The notes below the pieces were generated by a model that was not told the DNA's origin, searched no databases, and saw only the letters and a program-made list of their open reading frames with translations. Shown piece after piece: positions 1 through 13,270 of a stretch of DNA of 54,132 bases (positions are counted from its first letter, which is position 1; each line of letters opens with the position of its first letter). Location of the stretch: assembly GCA_965202585.1 (NCBI GenBank), contig OZ241827.1, positions 93,062,001 through 93,116,132 of the forward strand. The letters run 5' to 3'. Position numbers and translations under genes: made by a program. Source of the stretch: Thalia democratica (lineage: Eukaryota).

Positions 1-699
1 GTTGTGTTCATATATTCTTGAAAGTGTAGTAATTGTTTTTACAATTTCTTGTTATATATTATTTATTTTCAAAACATCTTTTAATTTTATGTTAGACCTT
101 TTATTTATTTTTTTTATTTTTATTAAAAACTTAAAATTTCTATTGTAGTTTTTAAATGAAATCCGTGAATCTATAAATAAGTCCTATAGTGTACATATAG
201 TGAAGACCGTCAGTTAAAACTAAACTAAATAAGTTATCTCTAGTTATAATTTTAAAATTAAACATAATTACTTAAATTATTTATATCGTTACAGTTTTTT
301 AGTATTTAATTTTGTTAAAATATATTGTACATATAAACTACCCTAACAGATTAATTTTTCATATATTTTCTTATGTTTACTTCTTAATCAATTAAATTCC
401 AACTAAATAAATTATTTAATTATGAAAAACTATATATATATACGTAACTTGTTTCCGTAATGAATAAAATCTATTACAGAAACAGTAACCAAGGTCTACT
501 AATTGAATTCAGATTTATGATAGACACATAGACCACACAAATTCTCTTAAATGAAAATATTATTAGAGAGCGAGGAAGTAAAAACGTTGGAAAACAAGAA
601 AAATTTTGTCGAATGAAAATATCAACAATAGAAGAAAAAATGCGACATCGATGACAAGTTAATAAAAAAATTATAAGTTTGGTTATTCCTTTAACAAAC

Positions 700-3600
700 A
701 TGCAAACGCTTTAAAATAAAACTTGAACTTAAACTAATATAAAGATGAAGATATATAATTTTATTTTTGAAATCTAACAGCTGTTGATAAAAAACCGAGC
801 GAAAATGGTAAAAAGTATCTCCATAGTAAATTAAGTAAACACTCGGAGAAGATTAATTTAATTTTGACGAAGTTCAAATCTTTCTTAAAAACCTTACTAA
901 ATTGACATGGCTTTGAAACACATCGTAGTTGATTAATATTTAGATCATTGTAGAAAAAAATTTTTCAATTGTGAATGTAAAAATGTTGTAGACAAAAGTT
1001 ATTAGAAAACTTTGAGGAGTTAAAAAATAAATTCGACGAAATAAAGAAAACATTGTTGTTTAAAAAAATAAACTGCAATAAAAACTTTCAATCAAATGAA
1101 GTTGCAGCTTTGTCAGATAACTGAACTGAAACAAGTTTAAAGAAATATAATGATTCAACTACAAATTAAATGAAACGTTTAACAAAGCTGTTGAAAAGCC
1201 TGAAAAATGTGTGAAGGAAGTTTTAATCTAATTTAAATTCCAAATGAAGGCATCATTCAAAAGTAAGTAAAAGTACAGTTTTGCTTTTAGGTAATTTGTA
1301 TAAGTAGATTTTTATGTTTAACCTATGTACATATGTTTCTTTAGTTTGTTTAAAATTGATTGAATGAAAAGATGGTTCAAAAGTTATTTATAGATTTTAA
1401 GAAAGACAAAAGTCAACTTTATTTTAATTATCTTTTTGAAATATAATAAAAATACTTTGCATAACATGATCGTTTTAAACTTAAAAGATTCATCAGTATA
1501 ATATTTTTAAGTTTTAACTGCTCATTTTTTACAAATTTTTTGTATTGAAAATGCAAAATGTATACAAACTTGATGCCGCAACTGAAAATAATCCACTATA
1601 TACCGCTCCTATATATATAACAATACTTTGTTTCAGATAAGTTTAATCAGTAAATAATTATTTTAACTAATACATATGAGTTTCCGTAAGACGTTTAAAA
1701 TTGTTTTAAAAAAGACGGTTCAAAGGTGAAGTTTAATTTTTAAGAAAGACAACATAAGGTTTTATCTTATTATAAACATTTATACTTTTGATATAGTATT
1801 AGGTAGTTTGCACAATATGTTCCTTCTGTTTTAAACTTAGAAGACGATTTAGTATAAAGATTTAACAGTTTGTTATTACTAATGTTGTAAAAAGGACGCA
1901 AAACACAATTTCACAAAAAATTTTAAAGAAAAGTTTGCAAATAAGTAATATAAACGCGAATACAACACAAGCAAAAGTTTTGTAAAAAAACTTATATATT
2001 GAAAGAGCAAAGTTCTTAACTAAATAAATGTCTTTAAAAAATCTGTTTTTGAAAAATACAACATTTTCATATTACTTCATGATGCTTAAGTTGTATCATT
2101 TTATCTTTTCAATGTGTTCTAGAAAAATAAGTAGAGGAAATCGTAAATTAGAAGTTTAAACTAGGTCAAACCAAAAATTGTGATCGTAGAAAACAAAAGA
2201 AGAAGGAACTCAAAGAAAAAAATAAGCTTGAAAAAACGCTAAAAGAAGATTACTACGAAAGCTATTCGCAATATTTTTTAACAACCAAATATGTGCTGAC
2301 TGCTGCAGTCGCAGAGAATAAATATAAGATTGTTTCAAAACCAGCCAACAAGTTATATGTTAAAGAAATTGTTGCTTTCCGAAAATAGAAAAGGTAAGAG
2401 AGCAGAAGCTAGAAATCCAGTAAGAGAGTAAGTGAAGCTTGAGCAGATTAAACAACTGAACTCGAGCTCAAATATTATTAGCAGAAAATAAATATAAAAA
2501 TTTGTTGCAAGTCAAAAATAAGTTTAGGTGAGAGAGCAGAAGCTAGAGATGCAGTAGGAGAGAAAATTACTTTTAAACAAACAACTAAACTCGAAATTCA
2601 ACATTCAAAGCGGAGAATATATATGAAAATCAAGGGTAATCTGCAAAAGAGAAGTTGCTAACAAACTTGCTGCGGTCATAAAATAAGACATAGTAGCAAC
2701 AGCTGCGAATCTATTAATAAATTTCACAAATTGTGTGGTTTTTGAATGCTTTATAAAAAATTATGGATCGAAAATAAATAAAAAAACCCGTCAACCACTG
2801 AGTCCCCACCGACTGCTGAAGCCGCAGAGAATAAGCATGAAAGTTTTGCAAATCTGACAACCGCCAACGGAAAAGTTGCTAACGAACTTACTGCGGTCCA
2901 AAAAGAATAATAGCAAAGCAGCTAGAAATTTATAAATTAATTTATAAATTTTCGAATGGTTAAGAAAAATTCTGCGGCCAAACAGCCGAGTTCCATTTTT
3001 AATATCAAAAAAAAAGCCAAACAATACTAGTTCCAACAGTTGCAACACAACCAAAAAAGGACAAAATATCAGCGATTTTATAGTACTTTTGACTCAAATA
3101 AAAAGAAAGAATAATGAGTTCTACCAAATTATTAAGGTTCATAACACGATGAAATTTTACAAACTTTTATTTTCAGACAATTTGTATCAGTAGTGTAATA
3201 TATTTCCCTAGAATTAAATTAAGAATGTAAAATTATAATGCTGAAATTCAATTTTTATAAAAAAAGGTTAAAGTTTCAACTTTTCTAAGAAAAAAAACAT
3301 TAGAAACATTTCATTTTCAAATAATTGCGCTCTTAAAAGTAGTTTTACGTCTCAAAAATAGTTGTTAAAAAGCTTTATCATAAAGATGCTTATAAAATAA
3401 AACTGCTTATATCTAGTAATTTTGTAGAAGAAATGCATAATAAACAAAGCAAAGCTAGTATAAAATCTTGATCATCAGTATGTTGCCGAAGCAACTGATA
3501 AATTCTGAATAAAAAGCCCCAAAAAAAGCTCGAAGTGGAATCAATGTGTTACTTGAAGAAAAACAAACTTTTTTAAAAAACTCCATGCTGGGACCAAAAC

Positions 3601-6100
3601 TTAACCTTGAGCTGGTCTCATTGGAAACTAAGAAAGTTTTAGATGGCGAAATAATAAAACGAAAAATGATGGCACATTATAATTGAAATAATAAACCTTG
3701 TAGAAGAAATGAGAAATTAATTTTTTTTTTTCAACAAATACCTTAGTCGTCATATTAAAAATTATCTAATACAGCTAAAAAAGTATTATCGACAATAAAA
3801 AAAATGTAGAATCCATGACTTGTTAATGAAAACATATGTAAATTGTACATCAACTTAAAAATCATAATAAACCTGATAATAGCTTTGTAAGCGAAACTGA
3901 GAGAAATAATAAATACTCTTGATTGAGCACAAAATATTTTTGTGGATCTCAACAAAGAAAACAAAATATTGTCTGCTTAATTTATTATAATTGAAAACAA
4001 AATGAGCCTTAAGTTTTTAAAAGGTCAACAAAAGGAAAGATAGTGAAAACCACTTAAATAACGAGCTAAAGCACCTCAGAAAATCTAATAAATACTACAA
4101 AAAACAAGTTTTTGAAATTTAAAACTAATTTCACAACTTTCTGTTGAAGCAGCACAAAAAACTGTTAGGAATTTTTTCCTCAGTAGAATAAAAATAAATC
4201 TTATAAAACTTGTTTTAAAAACTTGTTTTTTTTTTTCAAATAAACAAACAACTTTTTCGTCAGATAAAGAACCAACAATAATTGAAAATGGAAATATCGA
4301 AATTAAAAGAAGTAATGTGCCATCCATGGCTTGTTGATTGAAAATTATACGAAACATAATTAGTAGAAATATATCAAGTTATAATATATAAAAAACTGCA
4401 TAGTAGCCTTGCAAGCGAAACTGGATGTAATTACGAAGAATTTTATTTCAGGCAATTTTAACCAGTGGAGATACATATTTTTATAAATCACTTATGTTTA
4501 AATGAATGTTTAAGATTCCTTGAATTAAAAGAAAAACAGTTATTAACGTTCATTTTATTTAAACATTAAAAATTAAAACTTTTTCATTAAAGAACAGTGT
4601 TTTGCTATTTAGTTCTCAAAAGTTAGCAGATGATAGATTTATTTGCTTTCTATAAACAGAAGACTTATCAGCATAAAGATCCTTAATTTACTTTTAGCAT
4701 TTATATTTAGACAGGAAAACGTAAAGTAAGTACCTTAAAGCCACAACACACATAATATATATTCAACAGCATTTAAAAATATTTGTTATTCACAGAAACC
4801 AAAGTGTTTAATAACAAAACTGTTGTCTTTTCTAAGTTGATTATTAAATTAATGTTTCAAAAGACAAATTGTAATAAAACCAAGTCAAAAATGTGACCTC
4901 AGAAAACAAAAAGTAAAATTTGAAGAATTCAATAAACTGTTGTTATTGTAAAAAAACTAAAAGAAAATTACTTTATACTGATGAAAATCTTAATTCAACT
5001 AAAGCATATCGCAGGTAAAGTTTGTGTTAGCAAAGTAAGAAAGTCACCTGAATAATTCAGATAATAATACAAAAATTCAAATTCAAAATTGATTTAAAAA
5101 GAAGTAATAAGTTTTGAAGACGGTTACATTGAAAAACCAGAAATGATAAATTGAAAGATTGAAAATTGTCAAAGGAACTACAACATTTGTTTACTTCATT
5201 TACTTCATTTATGCAAGGTTTTATGTTGCTTAATACAAAAGTTAACGATTATAAAGTAAAAGATCAGAAAGAAAAATCATCTTATTAAATCAGACAACTC
5301 GAATCAGCAGATATTAATGCTTTAATAATCTACAAAAGTTTTACTGAATTGTTTAATATTAATCACAATGATTAATATGATACAAACTTAAAAAACAACT
5401 TGAATAAATAAGATTGGAAAGCTTTATTTTGGGAAAACTTTTATTTTTTCTTCGACAATAAAGATCCGAGAATTTTTATAAATAGTCTTTTGAACAGAAA
5501 TGTCAAGAAATTAAAGTTTTGTCGCAACAATGATATCAGTGAAGTCATTTCAAAGAAAAACAATTCGAAAGATAAAAGCTTTGGAAATAAAAGTTCTTAA
5601 AACAAAACTTGCAATCAAAACTAAGAAAAAATTTACTTCTTCCTATGAAGAGTAAAGTAAGATAAAAAATAAATTGCTTGAAACGTGTGGTTACTAGTAA
5701 AAAATAAATGAGCGCATTAGAAAATCTAACTAAGGCTTTAAACCTAAATAAGGTTTTCCTTCAAATATATTAAAGATAATAAAATAATTTGAATGTGTGA
5801 CGTTTAAAAATCTTAAGGTCCTAATTACAAAGTGGTATACATATTAAACAAAAGTTATAAACTAACTTAATTGTTAACCTTCGAAGTTATTTACAAACTG
5901 TGAATTAATCTATTGATTCTCTGCTTTTCAGATGCTTTGAAAATCAAAGCCAAATTCAAAAACATTGTAGAAAATGTTCTTTTTAATAGAAATGTAAAAG
6001 GTTAGAAATAAAAAAATTGCTAGACGAACTTAATAAGACCAAAGAAATGATACTTGTTAGAAAAAAGTAAAAAGAAGAGCAAATTGTTACAATTTTAAAT
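700..6100 (+). pseudogene. Decayed multi-exon remnants of a coiled-coil (Lys/Glu-rich) protein gene family; boundaries approximate
   Basis: Broken purine-rich frames such as LENFEELKNKFDEIKKTL near 1003, a GTAAGT donor at 1262, internal duplicated modules (2395/2530, 2650/2875) and alignable homologous blocks at 19235-19455 and 20553-20650. No intact ORF. Confidence 0.35.
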
Positions 6101-6678
6101 TATGATAGTTATTCAGACATAATCAACAAAAAATAAACAAAAAGTTCAGTTTTACTTAAAATAATCCAAGGAAATATCATTCGAAAAAAGTGAAAGTACT
6201 TAGTTTAAAAACTTTAAACTTTTAAAATTAATTTAAACATTTTCAATGATAAATTATTTAGTTTAATTAGAATTTAAGTTATGATTAGAATAAAATAGAT
6301 CTTTAAAATGCTTTCTTATCTATTTGTTGATGCTACCAAGCTGGTAGAGTTAATTGTTAAACAAAAAAGAATTACTGCTTTTACAATTTAGAAACTGAGT
6401 AAAAAGAAACAACAGAAAATACAACAAATAGAGTGAAATTATTAATCTTAAAATAAAACTTTATTGTAATATTTCTAATGGTATGCTCTATGAGATTATT
6501 ATGATTAGAACTAGTCAGATAACAAAAACATGTGCTTTTGTTATATTTAAACCTTTTGAAAAGTTATGAGGAATCAACAGCTGATAACAAAACAGATTAA
6601 TTCAACTTGATTTTAAGATGCTGAAAAAGAAGTTTTTTAGTTAAAGTTTTACAGCTAATAGTGCAGGAGGTGGCTTTA

Positions 6679-7136
6679 GGGAACGGGTCAGAATTGCACA
6701 AAGACAAAATTGAACGAAGACAGTTTTGCCGCAAAGGTCAATTTTGCACAAGTTAGATTCTTGCACGAGAGTAAAATAACATAAAAAAAACGAAAAAAAA
6801 TTACTGACCGAGGTTAAGAGTTAGAGGTAAAAAAGATATTAAAGATATAAAATAACTGATAAAATCTAAAAAAAATTAAAGATAAAAAAAAACTATTTAA
6901 TAGAAAAACTACTGACCGAGGGTAAGGGTTAGGGGTATCAGTGATAGTAAAATAAAAATAGAATAATAAATAAATTTAAAATACTAAAAAAAAAAAAAAC
7001 CGTGCAAAAATGTCTCCGTCCAAAATTTTCTGCTTGTGCAAAAGTATCTTCGTGCAGTTTTATCTTCTCATGCAAAAGTATCTTCGTGCAATTTTGTGCA
7101 TTCGTGCAACTTTGTTTGCAAATTTGACAGCTACCC
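6679..7136. mobile_element. MITE-like element with imperfect terminal inverted repeats and subterminal (T)TTGCACG(A)/CGTGCAA repeats
   Basis: Left end GGGAACGGGTCAGAATTGCACAAAG versus right-end reverse complement GGGTAGCTGTCAAATTTGCAAACAAAG; many TGCAC(G)/(C)GTGCA motifs oriented symmetrically; internal direct repeat TACTGACCGAGG(T/G)TAAG(A/G)GTTAG(A/G)GGT near 6802 and 6910. No clear TSD. Confidence 0.7.
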
Positions 7137-7250
7137 GGCATTTTTTGCTCAAAAAATCAAGGTTTTTTTTACATTATTTGAATAATTAGAGGTTATTTTT
7201 GATAAGTTATTAAAGTTACAATAAACTAAAAGTACGATAAAAGGTTATAG

Positions 7251-7358
7251 TAGTGCTCTACCGAATCAAAGATTCGGACTCGGATTAGGACAAATCCGGG
7301 CTTTTTGGACTCAGATTCGGATTCGGCTGAATTCAACGTTTTGGATTCAGAGACCACT
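7251..7358. mobile_element. Short hAT-like MITE remnant with GATTCGG motifs
   Basis: Left AGTGCTCTACCGAATC versus right-end reverse complement AGTGGTCTCTGAATCC; repeated GATTCGG/CGGATT motifs in a GC-richer island. TSD not recognisable. Confidence 0.5.
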
Positions 7359-9239
7359 TTAAACTTTTTTATTTAACTTAATTGTTTGTCAAAGGTTAAA
7401 CAAAATGTAAAACTAGTTAATTATTTTTCGCTTAATGTACTAAAAACATGGTATTTCACACATAAGAAAGCCTTACCTATGTAGATTTAGAGTTTTGCAC
7501 ACAGTTTTAAAGCTACAATATGTTTTTCTTGCTAGACTCTCAAATAAAATTAAGTACATAGTTAAGGCGTTTAATCTTAGGTTTTTGAATAAACACTCTT
7601 ACTTATTCATCATATGTTTAGTTTTTATGTTTACTTGTTGTAATGAACTGCTGCATTATCAATACAAAGAAAAAAAACAACTTAAGTATGTAACATTAAA
7701 ACAAATGCTTGCATACTTTTAGCTGTATACTTTTTATTAATATTTAATTATTTATTAAATTGACAATTTTAATTTATGACAAATTTATTATAACTTACAA
7801 CATTTAAATTTATTTTTGTTTAAAACAATTTTTCAAAGAAAAAATTAGTAAACAATAAAACTTAATTAATTTGTAATGAACTGCTGCAGCTACTTGCATT
7901 ATTCATTGTTGAACTCTCAATATTAAAAAAAACTTAGAGCTTACTGCAGTTATGAGAAATAGAAGACATAAAATCGAAGATAAAACATTTAGTCAAAAAA
8001 ATTTTGCCTAGATATTTATAAAAGTTTTAAAAGCAGCTTGCATTTTTTGAATTAGAAATTTTGTAATTTTGTTGTGTGCTTCTTTTGTGTTATAGATATA
8101 TAACCCGAAATATTTTTCTTAAGTTGTACAATCTAGTCTAGAATAGTCTAAAGTGTTGGTAGATAATTCTAACTGATACATTTTAATAAGTTAGCATAAA
8201 AGCATTCTTTATTATTATGTCCAGTTTAGGAAATACAAATACTAAGCTGTCTGCAGAGGGTCCTAAGCACAAGTGTCCTAGAAAGTCACCCCGTCTGCAG
8301 AAAAATATGGGCAAAAAGGTCAGGTTGGTTCGACAACTGATATGGTTGATTGAATAAATATAGTAGAGAAACAAAATAAAATTTAATAAAAGTATGTGAA
8401 ATTTTAGCTAAAACTTATAACAACAAAAACTAATAAAATTTCCAAATAAAAAACTCTCAAAACAATTGAAACATGGCGTTGTTCAGAAGAAATTTAAAGA
8501 AAACAGCAACCAAAAAAGGTTTGGAAATATTTGGATACTTGCTGCAATTTTCAAACAAGAGATTATATTTAAATTATCAAAAATGTAAAAAAAAGGTATA
8601 ATATTTTTAAAATATCTATACGGATATAAAAGTCAATTTTTCTAAACTTTACCGCACAAGATGAAAAGATGACTTTAACAAGATGATTATCATCAAATAA
8701 CTTGTTTGAAAGTTTTGACCAGGTTTAAAGTATTTTATAAAGCATGGAGACTTTTTATATTTGTTAGTGTTTGCAATTAAGTTATAAAATATGTTATTTG
8801 ATTTCAAGCCTATTTTATATAGAATAGTATTTAGCACTATTAGTACAGTTTTGATTTAATTTAGTTATGGTTTCTAGTGTTGTTGTACTCTACATTATAA
8901 CCCTACAGTTAATTTTAATAGTAGTGAGATCTGCAAATTGAAAAACTTAGAAATGAGTTGGAGATTTTATATTTTAAATGAAAAACACCAATTTTTTAAA
9001 AGTTAAATTTACTTTTTTGAACAAACAAACAAATATTTTAGGATTATATTTCAAAGATTTGTACGCCTATATGTATAATAATTAACTTTTTTATAGATAG
9101 AAAATAAAGAACTTTACTTGAACTAAAAATTAAGAAAAAAACTATGCTTTAAAAACTAAACAATGTATTACTATTTCACACTAAAATGTTCTTATTATGC
9201 AAGTTTGTAGCTGTTGCAAAATCATCCAATTTTCAAGAT

Positions 9240-10197
9240 TTAGAGTTGTTTTTTCATCAAAACTATAGGGTCAGTTATTAGTTGTCCATATACAACATTG
9301 TACCCGTATTTTTCGTAAAACTCCACCACATCATTTGGGGAGCTCACCACGCAACAATTGTACCCTCTTTTCAACACCCAATTCTCAGCAGCCAACATCA
9401 TCCTTTTACCAATCTGATTTCCTCTAAAAGCTTCCGATACTGTCACTAAAAATTTAAAAATAATTTTAATTCAAATTACTTAGTAATAAGTTTATATTCT
9501 TTTAATGAGCTTTTAATAAGAGTTTTTACTACAGTATTTAAGCTTTGGAATTTCAAACATTTTTTATTCAATTATGACTATGTTGTTATGATTATAATTT
9601 TCTTTAAAAGTAACCCATCAAGTTAACTTACCCATGTCTAACTCAACAGTGTTGTTTATTTCAATTAATTTTTCGCCATCTATTTTATTAACGTCTATTA
9701 AGTATTTATTTTTTTCTACAAGCACATGTCCCATTATTTTATGGGGATTCGAGGAAGTATCCATGTAAGCAAGTGAAGTTGGTAGTTCATCACTAGAGTT
9801 CGCTAGTGAATTCATCCTAGAATAATAAAAGTATAACTTTATTAAAAAACATAGAATTACTTTAAACAAACAACTGACAAACAGCATATTATAAAAACAG
9901 TTACAAAATTTTAAGTAAGAGTTTTTCGTACTAACAAAAAATAGTTTTATTTAATTTAGATGTTAAAAGTATATCACGAAACTTTAAATTTTATACAAAG
10001 TTAGCATTCTATAAATTGATTACAGACATTATAAATTTGAGAGTAACTAACTTAAAATCAAAGTAGCCAGGAAATTCCATTTCTATCACTTGATAGCAAT
10101 CTTCACGAAGTTGAGGTTGCAATTTATGTGTAGGAATCAGCTCGTATTTGCCCTCACCAACTTTCAATATTTCTTCATTTTCACCTACCTTGCTCAT
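9240..10197 (-). CDS. NAA80: GNAT-family N-acetyltransferase, NAA80/NAT6-like, 178 aa, 3 exons (10197-10052, 9816-9632, 9445-9240)
   Basis: GT-AG introns (GTTAGT and GTAAGT donors; TAG acceptors) with matching phases give 146+185+206=537 nt with no stop. GNAT motif A VTVSEAFRGNQIGKRMM and motif B VVEFYEKYGY are present. MNSLANSSDELP, MGHV and terminal PIVLMKKQL resemble NAA80 segments (LHSLGQSSDAFP, VGHA, PIFWMEKDI) as recalled; orthology not verified by search. Confidence 0.75.
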
Positions 10198-10386
10198 TTT
10201 TTGATAGATTTTATTGTTTTCTATTATGTATTTTTGTTAATATTTTTTTGTTTTTATTTTTAATTTTTGAACCATTATTAATTTTTAACTATATTGTAAG
10301 AAAACAAGACACATAATTCAACAAACATCAGTTGATTACAGAGCAAACCTGAAATTAGAATTTTCAAACTTATACACTATATATAC

Positions 10387-10734
10387 CAGGCTTTCTCAAA
10401 GTGGGCGATATCTTCCTCTGGGGTGATATAAGTTAGTTGGGAAGCAATAAATAGTGAAGGGGCAAAAGGCGGGGGAGAGGGATGCAATTTTAATATTATG
10501 ATACATTAGACATTCTTTAGTTTAGATTAAGAGCAAAAAAAAGGTTATAAGTGTTTTATTAACAATCTTCATACTTATACTAGATGTTTTTGAGTTGCAG
10601 ATAAAGGACAAAAAAAAGACAATTTAATATAAATGGTAGCCTTTTGCATAAGAGCTTTCTGTTGGAGGGTGTAACAGGTTTTTAAATTACTTTAAAGGGG
10701 GCAATTTGAAAAAAAAAAGATTTGGGAAACTCTG
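10387..10734. mobile_element. hAT-type MITE (348 bp) about 190 bp upstream of the acetyltransferase ATG
   Basis: TIRs CAGGCTTTCTCAAA and reverse complement CAGAGTTTCCCAAA; flanking 8-mers ATATATAC (10379-10386) and ATCTATAC (10735-10742) match 7/8, as expected for an aged hAT TSD. Confidence 0.8.
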
Positions 10735-11279
10735 ATCTATACAGTAACAAAGTGATCATACTGTAATGTAAAGAATAATAAATGTAAAAGGCAATAGGAA
10801 ACAATTAAAACTAGATAAATTTACTTACTAATAAATAACTTGTAAAAAAACTGCACATCAATACCATGAAAATAACAATGTTTGTTACTTATAAACTATT
10901 GCGAAAATAAAGAAGCAGTACAGTAAAAACATGTTTGCTTTTAAGTTTTTCAAACATAACGATAATCTAAAAACTTTACAAAAATATACTTAACCATTCA
11001 AAAAACTGTCATAAATTTTCACGAAACAACAAAAAAATTATATGTTGGTTCTTCAGCTGCTAAATAAAAATTAAACATTCATTAGCTGTCTTGTCATATT
11101 AATAATAAAATTATAAAAGTTCAACATTCATAAATCATGATTTGCTACATATTCTAAGTAGTAAACCACAATCAGTTTTGGTAGTAAAAGTAGAAAATAC
11201 TTTAAGTAAAAACAACAAATTTATCTTATAAGCTTAAATATACTAGAGTTTTTTCAAAATTAATTTCACATTCCTTGTG

Positions 11280-13270
11280 GGTTATAATAAAAACCTAATT
11301 AACTATTTATAAAATGTGTTTAAAAACCACACTATAAACCATAAAAATAAACAATAACATTAACCTAACTAATACTGACATTAAAAGCTACTTATAAAAA
11401 CTAGGCATAACACTTATTTTTATATTATAAATAGAACAGAAGCATACACCAATAAGTGAATAATGAATATCATATTTTACAAACTACTTTAAATGTTGTC
11501 AAAACTTTTACACAAGAACTAAATCTAACAGAAATATACTTTTACATATTTAAAAGCTATACCAGAATAAACTACTTGAGCTTTAAATCATAAAACACTT
11601 CAAAGAAAATAACATTGTTTGAAAAAGAACTTAACAATAAACAACAAATAATGCAAAAATCTAGTTGAACTACATGTTAGCAGTAGCAAGGTATTCTAGA
11701 ATGATTTTGTTTTCAACTGATGAGTATTTATATATGGTTGAGTTTAGCCTATAAACAGTTTTATCAACCTAGTTTTTCTCTAAAACGCTTGGATAAACAA
11801 GAGTTTTCTTAAAATGTTTATTGAATCAAAACAACTATGTAATGCAATTTGATATCAAGTTACAATCTAACAAAAAGTATACATCTATAATGCAATGGTA
11901 ATATGTTATTTAACTTGAAAGCTCAAAAACTGTAAAAAACAGTTTAATCAATTTTTTTTAGATAAAAAGTTCAAATTCATTGTAAATCTAAAATAATCAG
12001 AAAACACTATGATTTTTTTTCTATCCTGAGTTTTTAAAGTGCAAGGTTTTAAACTTTAATGTACTTCAATTATGAAAAGGTTTAATGAAAAAGGAAGATT
12101 TATTGTACTTGTTGTCTCACTGGTTTATTGGAAAAAAATAGTAAAAGCTAAATGCTTATTTTAAAATTATAGCTGATGAAATACTAAATAAATAAATTAG
12201 TTTCATAAAGAATTTTTCTGTTCTCAACAAAATATTACATCTAAATAATTTGAAACCATTTTTGTAGATATTCATTACTTTATGTTTCTCAGATCTTATA
12301 AAGTATTACTATTCATTACTTTATGTTTCTCAGATCTTATAAAGTATTATATCAATGTAAAACTAACTCTTTACTATGATAATAAAAAACCAATAATAAT
12401 ATTACTAATGTACTCTTTAATTAAACTGAAACCTTTATTTTTCAGATTATAATCTAGAAGGAAAGACGTTTACTTAACTTAATAAATAGTATGGTTGGTT
12501 ATAATGTATTTACAAAGCAAACTATAAACCATAATAACTAAACATTAAAATTAACCTAGATGATACTGATATTTAGTTATACTTAGAACTACTTGTAATG
12601 ACTATATAAACTTGGCAAGACAACTGTTGCAAAAATTTTATATTAAAGAACAGATGCAAACACCAATAACTATATAAAAGAAAATTAAACATTTGCAAAC
12701 ACTTTAAATGTGGTCAAAAATTTTACACAAGAATTAAATCTAACAGGAATATACTTTCAGAAATTTGAAAGATGGAATGAGAGTTAATTACTTGAACTTA
12801 AAATCATAAAATAGTTTCAAGAAAGTAGCACTACAACGAATAATACTAATGTCTACTTTAACTACGTGTTAGCAGCAGCAAGGTGGTCTAGAATGATTTC
12901 CTTTTTAACTGATGATTATTTACATATGACTGAGTTTAGCCTTTTAAAAGTTTCATCAGACTAATGTTTTTCTTAAACGCTTGAATGAACAAGAGTTTTC
13001 TCAAGGTTTTTCATTAAATCAAAAAATTATATAATGAAGTTTGATATCTTATTACAAAAACGTAATCTTTTACTTTTTAAGACATTGGTAATATTTATTT
13101 TATTTAAAATCTCAAAAACTATAAAATAAAGTTCAACTGTTTTTCCTTGGACAACCAGTTAAAATTCATTTTAAAACTTAAATAATTAAAAACACTACAA
13201 AAAACAAAAAAAAAGTTTTTGTTTTAAATTGAGTTTTTAAAAACTATGAGTTTTTAACTTCAACGTGTTA
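11280..13270 (+). repeat. Diverged ~1.2-kb tandem duplication (copies about 11280-12060 and 12495-13270) of decayed coding-like sequence
   Basis: Colinear matches such as TTTTACACAAGAA(C/T)TAAATCTAACAG (near 11506/12721) and TGTTAGCAG(T/C)AGCAAGGT..TCTAGAATGATTT (near 11674/12867). Confidence 0.75.
12269..12349. repeat. Perfect two-copy tandem repeat, 41-bp period
   Basis: TATTCATTACTTTATGTTTCTCAGATCTTATAAAGTATTA occurs twice, separated by one base. Confidence 0.9.

Noticed and set aside
6900-6940. Interstitial telomeric repeat
   Set aside because: Only one or two degenerate TTAGGG units, embedded in a MITE.
474-8837. Short Phe/Ile/Leu/Lys-rich ORFs in the supplied track here, and similar ones at 13302-18906, 36872-38302 and 44223-52183
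   Set aside because: Composition and length are as expected by chance in very AT-rich DNA or antisense to decayed modules; no domain motifs.
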